From NCBI GenBank assembly GCA_001179505.1, contig CDMY01000702.1, positions 1 through 28,935 of the forward strand: 28,935 bases of DNA, read 5' to 3'. The translations under genes were made by a program, and so were the position numbers. Within the stretch, counting starts at the first letter, position 1; the number at the start of each line of letters is the position of its first letter. This DNA comes from Vitrella brassicaformis CCMP3155. Its lineage: Eukaryota > Protista > Chromerida. Below are positions 20,310 to 28,935 of the stretch, piece by piece. The notes below the pieces were generated by a model, which was given only the letters and a program-made list of their open reading frames with translations, was not told the DNA's origin and searched no databases.

Positions 20310-21357
20310 TCAATGCATGAAAACCCTCTGTTGACCGCCGTCAATTCCGTTTCCTCGCGCCTACAGCAAGAACACAGAGGGCGGAGAATCGTGCACCAAC
20401 CAGTGATATCCGCCTGCGACAGGTCTTTGATGTGTGCAGTGCCTCGCTCGCACCTTCTGCTTCTGTTTTTGGTTCATGCCGCTTGGATGTGCGTCCACTG
20501 CCTCCGTTTATTAGCCGAGTCAAGAATCGCCCCATGCTGACACACGCAACACGACCACGCTGAACGTATGAGCGAGCTTTTCTACTGCGTGAGCAGCACG
20601 TACCTGTAAGCGCCATCACCGATAGGTGCCTGAGATGCTGTTGGAGCGGAGTAAAGCGACCCTCCTGGAGCAAAGGCTGCACACACAGACACCCACACGC
20701 CAGACAATCAGACAACCGGCAACCTCCTTCCTCCCGCATCTCAACCGGCAACTCCCCTCCCCCCTTCCCTCCCGCATCTCACACGTGTGCGCATACCTCC
20801 TCTCCCCAGCTTCTTGTCGTCGTTGTACGATACCTGGACGAAGCTCAAGAGGCGCGGCGCTTTTNNNNNNNNNNNNNNNNNNNNNNNNNNNNNNNNNNNN
20901 NNNNNNNNNNNNNNNNNNNNNNNNNNNNNNNNNNNNNNNNNNNNNNNNNNNNNNNNNNNNNNNNNNNNNNNNNNNNNNNNNNNNNNNNNNNNNNNNNNNN
21001 NNNNNNNNNNNNNNNNNNNNNNNNNNNNNNNNNNNNNNNNNNNNNNNNNNNNNNNNNNNNNNNNNNNNNNNNNNNNNNNNNNNNNNNNNNNNNNNNNNNN
21101 NNNNNNNNNNNNNNNNNNNNNNNNNNNNNNNNNNNNNNNNNNNNNNNNNNNNNNNNNNNNNNNNCCCCCCCCACCCTCAGGCAGCTGTGGCAGGCGACGT
21201 AGAGGTTCTCGTCCCACTCGAGAAACTTGATCTTGTCCTCCGCATCAGACAGCAAGTCCCTCAGTTGCATATCCCTGAGCTTGGGGTCAACCACCTTCTT
21301 GGACTCAGGAATCAGTTTTCGCAACACTGAGAGCACGCGCTCCTCGTTGTCGGCCAT
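20310..21357 (-). CDS. Hypothetical protein interrupted by an assembly gap
   Basis: MADNEERVLSVLRKLIPESKKVVDPKLRDMQLRDLLSDAEDKIKFLEWDENLYVACHSCLR, then the gap, then ...SYNDDKKLGRG|AFAPGGSLYSAPTASQAPIGDGAY|SMGRFL...RISL|ARGNGIDGGQQRVFMH*, with compatible intron phases. The 3' exons are less certain. Confidence 0.55.
20865..21163. other. Assembly gap (~300 N)
   Basis: Run of N. Confidence 1.
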
Positions 21358-21841
21358 CCTTCTGCTGACAAATGTTCCCCGTAGACAAAGTCGACTTTCT
21401 GTTTCATGAAACCCGCATTCCTAACTCTTTAAGGGTTCGGGTTTGATCGGGTGCGGCCGCGGGTCGGCGCAGACGGCATCAACGCAAGATGGCAGATAAT
21501 ACAGGCGATGTGCTTGAGAGTCGGGTGAGAGATTCAGATTCTCCCGACAGGGGTCAACGAAGCCCCGCTGGATGAGCATCACCTGGCCGTGCCATGTTGG
21601 ATCTTTCCGAGCTGACATCCCTTGCTTCATTGCGTCCTTCCGAGCGACCGAGCCGCCGCGCTTTGTGCGTATGTGTGTGTGTGTGTATTCCAGATCGCCT
21701 GGCCGGAGAAATGGCCGAGCTCCGTGGGCAGGTGGAGGGCATTTCGTCGGAGCTGCTTGGGCAAAGGGCAAGGGACGAACGAGGTCACTTTGGTGGAAGG
21801 TGCTTTGCTCTTGTTCTTTGCAGGGGCTGCTGCTTGCGAGT

Positions 21842-22456
21842 ATGAAGACTCGCCAGGTGAGTAAGAAACGATGGGAGGGAGGGAGGGAGGAAGCACGGTG
21901 CTCATCCTCTGTGTCGTGCAGGTGGCTTGTCGTGTGTGGGGCTGTGAGGAGCACCACAGCATTGCTGCAAGCTGTGTGGCGACGAGAACTCCGACCACTT
22001 CGCCAGCGAGTGCCCCTATGGCGTCAGCCTCTACCATCAGACGAGCAGGGCGGCCGCACGCGCCGTGGCATCCTCAGGCGAAATGCTGCGGGGCTCCACC
22101 GGCATCGTCGGCGGCGGCATCTACCTGTGAGCAGGCCACACAAACATGGCCAACCACAGCCGCACACAGGCATGTCTGTGTCTTGTGTGTTTGGCTGGCG
22201 CGTCAGGGCGGCATCCCCACAGCAGACCGACCGTAAGTCTCATCAGAGGGGCTGCATGGTGGACGCGCGTGTGTACCGGGGCAAGGTCTTGCCCCTGACC
22301 CCAGGCCAGCACCACCTACACGCGGATGCAGTGCAAGCAGGCGGGCTACGACTCGGTGCAGCTGGCCACGGGGCGAGAGATCCGGAGGAGGCCCAGACAG
22401 TGGGCAGGCCACAGGAGGCCCACCAAACGGGCCCTATCTATAAGTGGCTGCGTTGA
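21842..22456 (+). pseudogene. Zinc-finger + PARP-like (H-Y-E clade, Gig2-like) ADP-ribosyltransferase gene with three frameshifts
   Basis: MKTRQ|VACRVWGCEEH (frame break at ~21956) QHCCKLCGDENSDHFASECPYGVSLYHQTSRAAARAVASSGEMLRGSTGIVGGGIYL|AASPQQTDRKSHQRGCMVDARVYRGKV (break at ~22307) TYTRMQCKQAGYDSVQLATGRE (break at ~22379) DPEEAQTV...*. Introns at 21857-21921 and 22127-22206. Possible upstream exons from 21594. Confidence 0.8.
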
Positions 22457-23262
22457 TTCTCTAGGGTCCTTTATATGTGTGTGGGCGCCATACACACACG
22501 CCACGCCACGATGCTGCAGCCGATAGCTTTTTGCTTCCTCGGGGCTTTGTTTGAGACCTGGCCCTTCCCTCTCTCTCGCTCTTTTCTGTCGAGTTATTCT
22601 CGCCCAACCATTCACACATTTGTATTTGTGACGAACTCACCTTCCCCCTCTGTGTGTGTGTGTGTGTGTGTCTCTGTGCATGCGGTCAGCGTGTGTGTAT
22701 CTGTGGGTGGGTGTCGTGTGCGAGAGTGAGTGTTTGCCGCATGGCATCGACAGTCCATCGACCACACACCACACACAGACAGACAGAAACAGATAAATAG
22801 ACAGACAGACAGACGTGTGCCTCGCCGCTCATTTGGATGAGTTGGCGTGGTTGACACACTGTGCACTCATTAATCGTGGAGTGGTCATTACTTCATACGC
22901 ACACACGACAGACCGGGACGTGCAGCTCAATTGCCCTGTCGCCCTGTCGATTGTACGCGTGAGTCATGATGCCATTCAGTCACTCGAAGGCCTCACATGA
23001 ATGGCATTCGAGACTCGAGAGGAAGGCAACGAATACTGTTGAATGCCTCCCTGTGGCGTCCAATCTGAAATGTGCGGACCGCCAATCGAGACCATCGAAG
23101 CTTTCACCGTCTGCCACGTCATCCAGTCAGTCGACCACTGACACCCACTGACATCCAGCAGCACCAACACGTGAAGTCATTCAGTCAACACCTCTAAACG
23201 CACCTCACCCAGCCGCCGTTTCTGGCTACATGGAAGCAGGCAGCAGATGAGCATCCACCACG

Positions 23263-23337
23263 GCATTCACGTCAGTGACACCCGTCTGGCTGGGTGCCAC
23301 TGGGTGCACACATCAGGAGAGTGACTCACACTGACTA
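23263..23337. repeat. Imperfect ~75-bp direct repeat; partner at 26661-26733
   Basis: GCATTCACGTCAGTGA...CCCG.CTGG.TGG.TGCCAC...GAGAGTGACTCACAC is present at both sites. Confidence 0.8.
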
Positions 23338-26064
23338 CATGCCGAGTGTCACCCACTCCCCTCGTTCGTCGACGTACCCCAGATGTTGCCACTCGAATGC
23401 CGCCACGTCCTTGGTGAAGCCGTTGCCGATGCTGGCCGGCAGCCCGTCGTATCTCGCGGCCTCGTCCAGGATGGCCCGCTGCACCACCTCACGCAACTCC
23501 ATCAGCCGATGCTGCCCGCCATGCTGCCCCCTGACGACGAAGCACCGCAGCTGCGGCACCCGCACCCTCTCGCCGTCCACATTGGTCGTCCCGCCCACCA
23601 CCTCCTCATTGCCCACCACTTGCAGCGATGCGGCGGCCCCCACGAAACGCGCCATCGCGGTGTTGACGCGGCGGCCGATCTCAGTCACGTTCTGGACGGG
23701 GCGGGGGCTCTGCTCCAGCACCGATGGGTTGACGAAGGACGACGCCACGCGCCAGGCGATGGGCGACATGTCCCGATTGGCGAAGGGCATGTAGTCGTTG
23801 TGCCAGGAGGGCTCCGGGTCGACGTGTGGGGGGAGGGGGGGAGGAGGCACGGAGGGGCGGGATGGGTCGAATGAGGGGAAGGCGGCCTTGAGCTGCTGGG
23901 CGGTGGCATTGTGGAGTGCCTCTGTTAGCGCGTCGGCCATCTCGCGCTGAGGGCGCAGGGCGGCGTTGACGGTCGCCATGACGTCATGCGGCAGCTGGTT
24001 GAGCACTGTCGCATACTCGGGCAGCATCAGCTGTCGACGACGACGGTGTCGCTCTGTGGCTGTGGGGATGAAGGCGATGTCAGCGCCCGCCTGGAGGAGC
24101 ACACTGATGGTGTGCTTGACATGAGGGATCCGGATGGTGGCCAGGGCTTCCCTCTCGGCCTGCCCCGTGTTGTTGTCTTGCAGCCGCTGGGTGGCCTCAT
24201 CGAGCGATTGGGCAGCGGCGGTGAGGGGTGTGAGAGCGGGGGCATTCGGCAGCCCTCTGTCGATGTCAGCAGCGGTGAGACGGCCGCAGAGAGAGGCAGC
24301 GACACGGTGGGAACCCCAGTGCGCCACCCGATGTAATGGTGTCAGCCCACCGTTGTCCACGGGCCTGATGTCCACCCCGTTCGTCACCAGCAGGTCAATG
24401 TAGTTCTCGATGGACTGCTGGGACCAGATTGGAGGCGTCATGGCGGCCCAATGCATCGGATTGAGGCCGTCCGCATCCCGCTCGGTTGCGAGTGTGCTGT
24501 CCCGCTCGATGAGCTGCCGGTAGAAGGACAGCAGCGTGGCCTCGTGAGCCCCAGTCGGCTGGTCCGTATCCAATGTGGTAGGCACCGTCAGCACCCGACG
24601 CCCCCGCAGCTGGATGCCTGGAACAGACAGACAGACAGACCGACATCACGCTGTGTGTTCCGTGTCGTAAGTGCTGTGAATGAGTGCGCACCTGGCTGGC
24701 CCATCAGGAGGTCGAATGCGGCCCGGTTGCACGAGGCAATGGCCACCACGATGGGCGTACAGGCACGCTCACCCGCATTGATGTCGGCGCCTCCCTGGAC
24801 GAGGCTTCCCATGATAGCGAGCTGGATGCCGCGAGTCTCCCACATGGGCATGGCGAGGGGACAGTGGTCATCGCCCTTAACTGCCCAGATGGACGGCAGA
24901 CTGTTGTCAGTGAGGTTGTCGATGCACAGCGACAGCAGCGGATAGGCAAAATGGTCTCCCGACGTGCTGCCCGCCACGTACAGCCCAGGCTCCACATTGA
25001 GGTCGGCTCCATGCCGCTGGACCGCCAGTGATGCGGCGCTCTCTGATGACCTTGAACAGTGCGTAGCTGGCGACGCTGGTGCCATTCGGGAAGCGGACGC
25101 GGACCTCCTCATTCAAGCTCTTCCAGCCGTGGGGCAACGGCGCACCTGTGGCACAGCGTGCATAGGGGAGGGTGTGTTGGGGGGTAATTTGTTGACCTAC
25201 GTCCGTCCTGTCGGCCCTCACCGCTGCCCTGCTGCCTATCGACACCAACACCGACGCCCCCTCCGACGCGGGGCGGTTGCGGTGGGACACCAACACCACC
25301 AGCAGGATGGGGAGCGAGAGGATTCTGCACACACCATATACAATACAGCTCACAACACAACCATGCCATCTCTTAGTGTGGTAAGGACAGAGGAGGCATG
25401 CAATCACCTGTGGCTGCTGGCCATTTGGCAGGTTGGCGGCAAGTTGGTGCGTCTGGCCGTCTCGCTTGGCCCTCTTGTGCTCCTCACGCTCCAGAGGAAA
25501 GCCGGCACGCTTCACAATACCTACACAGACGACCCAAAGACCATGCTGGCTGTGGTGCATTTATTGGCTACCTGTATAGCTTCCTGACGGTTCCTGCTCT
25601 CCTGCTGCCGATGCTGCCGATGCTTGTGGCCCACCCGCCACCCTTGCCGTGAGCTTAATGTCCTGCCGTTTGCCACGGCGGAACAGCCGATGACACACAC
25701 ACACGCACGGGAGATTGCGTGAAAGTGTCTGTCTGTCGCGGTGCTCTTGTTTGTTGGCGAACCGGCGGTGGCATGTGAGAGGGCTCTGTCATGAAGGCGT
25801 TGTTCCTCTGCCTCACGATGACATTGCTCACCTGCTGGTGGTCCTCCACATCCATTGGCTGCCGCTCGTCACCGCCGCCACACTGCTCGGCATACTCTGC
25901 AAAGACGGTGAAGCGGACACACACACACACACACGACGTTTGGCCATGATGCTGTGTGTGTGATGTGCTGCATATTTGCGTGAGTTGAGTGTACCTTCAT
26001 CGCCGTCGCCACCGTCCGCCATAGCAGGGGAGGCCATGTCGGTGTCGGGACGACCAGACGACAT
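23335..26064 (-). pseudogene. Ankyrin-repeat protein of a Vitrella-type expanded family; frameshift at ~25030
   Basis: The last exon, 23335-24617, has ANK repeats (GLNPMHWAA, LLVTNGVDI, GLTPLHRVA, LTPLTAAA, LLQAGADI). Exon 24692-25145 has GADLN, GADIN and TPIVVAI, but its 5' half (ALFKVIRERRIT) is out of frame with QRHGADLNVEPGL. Upstream exons at 25201-25324, 25408-25520, 25572-25653 and two more up to the ATG at ~26064. Confidence 0.75.
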
Positions 26065-26549
26065 CGCTCTCACTCACCCAAACAGAGCTGCACCACGGAC
26101 AACTGTGACAGACAAGAGATGGCCGGGCACCTGATGCATTTGTTGTGCATCAACCAGTGCTTGCCTATCACACGTATGAGTCGCAGCCAGCCGCACACAC
26201 ACACTCGCTCATTCAACCAACCAGTCCGCCCGTCGACAAGGCAGACCTGAAGACCGCCAACACGCACAGCCAGCAAACAGGTCGTCAGTGTGCTTGTGAG
26301 CAATCCAATCGCCGCATCTTCCCACTCTTTGTCGGACGAGCGGGCGAGTCCGCTACTCCAAGGAGGCCGATCGAAGGCTCGCATTAGCTCGCATCGATCG
26401 GTTTGCAGGTCGGAAGGAGGGCGAAGGAGCCCTTCTGGTGGGCCCACAGGACTCGTCAGGTGCCACTCATTTTGCCGCGGTGAGCCCCAATCACTTTGGA
26501 TGAATTGCTTTTGGTAAAAGATCAGGTCGCTTGGATCACAGCAGCTCAC

Positions 26550-27780
26550 ACGTCGATCAAGTCAAAGACTGCACGAAAGGAAGTCTGTGCTTTAACGGTC
26601 GCCTTCTGGCGCGTACAAGGCACTGTGATCTGTGTGTCAGCAGGTAAGCCCTCCATCACCGCATTCACGTCAGTGACCCGACTGGATGGATGCCACCGAA
26701 TGAACAGGTCATGAGAGTGACTCACACCGACTGATACCTGCCTGTCCATCTGCTGGCCTGCCTCTCATCCATCCATCCATCCATCCATCGACATGAGGCC
26801 GGCATAGGTATGGCTGCCGGCCACCTGGCTGCGCTGCATGCTTCCGTTCCTCCCTCCCTCCCTCCCAACCCATCTGCCGTGTTGGTATGTATGTGGGCCT
26901 CCCTCCTTTCGACACCAACCAATGTCATGCTGGCTGTATGGATGGGGAGGGAAGGGGGGCGGGGGGGAGTGGAGTGACATCCCTACCAGCCTGCCAACGT
27001 ACGCACACGTACGGGAGGGAGGGAGGGGCGGCCTGACTGTGGCATGCTGGGAGGGAGCCTGCTGTAGCGGGAAAGGGGCACTCGAGCTGCTGGACGATGA
27101 CGGCTGGTGCTGGTGGGCGGCGGAGGTGAGCTCGGCGTTTCGTTCTTATGTGCTGCGTTATGGGATGCGTGTACCTTCCCTTGAGCTCCTCATTCTCGCG
27201 ACAAGCCGGCCATCCTGCACACACAGACACACACACACACACAGACACACACACACACACACACACACACACGCGTGGACACTGATTATGAGACAACCAA
27301 TCGACACCCACCTATCATTTACAGCATCATCGGGAACAGCAGCACCATGGTCTGCCGACACCGAGGCACCCTGTCCGCCCTCTTTCACGCAAACCCAATA
27401 ACGTGACGAGCAGCCCATTGTCGGTGTGTGGTGTGTGTGTGTGCGGGCGTGCCTGCCTACCCTAGTGGCTCTTCGTATGGTGCTGGAGCTGCGGGTGCAG
27501 CACTGGGATCGTTGTAGCTACTGGACGAGGGACAGGCGTCAAAGGCGGACCTGACGCAACACAGAACAAACATGGCAACTCGATGGTGTACCGCGAGTGT
27601 TGATTGAGCGTGTGTGCGCACCTCAGCTCATAGAGGTGGCGACGGACGGGCGTCATCGTGGCTCAACGAAGCCCCAGATGTCGGCCTGTCTGTTCCTTAC
27701 TTGGGGTACTTGACGAGTGGCGGAGGGCCCCGGTGACATGACGCAACGCACGCCGCCAGCACTCGAAGACGACATGTCGA
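26550..27780 (-). pseudogene. Possible degenerate multi-exon gene
   Basis: Exon-like pieces bounded by GT/AG (MTPVRRHLYELR|SAFDACPSS...PYEEPL, EGGQGASVSADHGAAVPDDAVND, CRENEELKGR), but intron phases do not join into one ORF. Confidence 0.25.
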
Positions 27781-28137
27781 CCACCTATCCCCTTCTCTGT
27801 GGTGACCGACATTATGAGTGGACCATTCATTCATCCATTCATTCGATCAAGAGTCATGAGCATATCGGTGTCTGTCTCAGATGGACTCAGCCAGCAGGCA
27901 GACAGCATGTCGGCATGCTTCCGCCCATCCACTGCACTCACTGATGCATGCACCATGCACCATGCACACCACACAGAGTATTTCCTTTGGCTTGGGCCGC
28001 CTTGACTGTACACGAGATGCGAATCTGACACACACACAGACACACAGCGGCATTGCAATGATTATCCATGACAGGTTGGTGGGCCGGGCTGTCGATTGCA
28101 TACCTGTGTGTATGTGTGTGTGTGTGTGTGTCATGCG

Positions 28138-28935
28138 TCAGTTGTTGCTATAGATGGCCAAACTGTCATTTACCAACCTGCCACCAGATTCACACACAAG
28201 ACACATCCGGCCATGGCGGCCATTTGTATGTGTGTGTGGCGCACTTGTCCTCCGATTTGATGTTTGCAATGAACTCCGACCTAACAGACACACAGACACA
28301 CAGACAGCCATCCACCTCCTGGGAGTGTGTGTGTTTGTGTCTGACTTGGCCTGTGTGATGGTGTCGGTGATGTGAGTGTTGGCGGCCACGGTGTCCATCA
28401 GAGCAGCCAGGCGCTTCTTGAGTTGTGCGTTTCTTTCACAAACAAACAAACAAACACACACACAAAGACGCAGTGGTGCTGTGTGTGTGTGTGTGCGCGC
28501 GCCCCTCCCAGCCGACTCACTCCTTCTTGAGTCTGGCGTTTTCCTCGTTGACGCGCTGCTGCTCGAGTGCAGCCAACGCGGCCTCACTCTGAGCACGGGA
28601 CGAACGACCTGAACGTTAACACACACACAGGGAGTAGCAGAGAGAGGGAAAGGGAGGCTGTCCATCCATCCATCCATCCATCTGTGTGTGTGTGTGACGA
28701 TGCCTTTGCAGATGAGCATGGCTTCATAGGCGGGGTCGTCCGGCTGGTCTCTGAGCAGCTTGAGGATGAGATCGTCCACAAACGGCGTCAACTGCACGAC
28801 ACGTCAAAGACAGAGATGCAGCCATCCGCCGCAGCCGTGTACTGTAGAGGTCTCTCTTTCGTCCATCCATCCATCCGTCGATGGTGACGGACGGGAGCAG
28901 CTCACCTTCTCGTCCATGTAGATGGCGAGGGCCTT
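28138..28935 (-). CDS. Small protein with Dpy-30/RIIa-type dimerisation-docking motif + coiled coil; 5'-partial
   Basis: Splices as KALAIYMDEK|LTPFVDDLILKLLRDQPDDPAYEAMLICK|GRSSRAQSEAALAALEQQRVNEENARLKK|ENAQLKKRLAALMD...TQA|KSEFIANIKSED|KLVNDSLAIYSNN*. LxxLLxxQPxDP is typical of Dpy-30/RIIa D/D domains. The model requires one GC-AG intron (28609-28703). Confidence 0.75.

Noticed and set aside
21572-22456. 294-aa ORF taken as the gene product
   Set aside because: It runs through three introns. Only its 3' part coincides with the real ART frame; the conserved motifs lie in other frames.

Overview
Eukaryotic genomic DNA: GC-rich, intron-dense, with short spliceosomal introns full of GT/CA, GTCT and TGGA microsatellites and four ~300-N placeholder gaps. 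Style and gene content fit an alveolate, most likely the chromerid Vitrella brassicaformis (inference, not verified). Genes had to be spliced by hand, so most ORF-track entries are intron-containing or antisense shadows. Four housekeeping genes splice cleanly: an SLC25A42-like mitochondrial carrier, an RsmJ-like rRNA methyltransferase with an N-terminal extension, RPS20/uS10 and a nitrilase. Several unknown genes also splice. These are interleaved with damaged, lineage-specific material. First, 4.8-13.3 kb is a patchwork of duplicated exon+intron modules with three PHD/extended-PHD copies and several frame breaks. Second, ~21.8-22.5 kb holds a zinc-finger + PARP-like (H-Y-E) ADP-ribosyltransferase gene that the ORF track misses because of three frameshifts. 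Third, a frameshifted ankyrin-repeat gene is bracketed by imperfect direct repeats. A 9-mer, TGCGAGCTT, recurs in the short intergenic regions upstream of genes. I found no tRNA, rRNA, CRISPR array or transposase.
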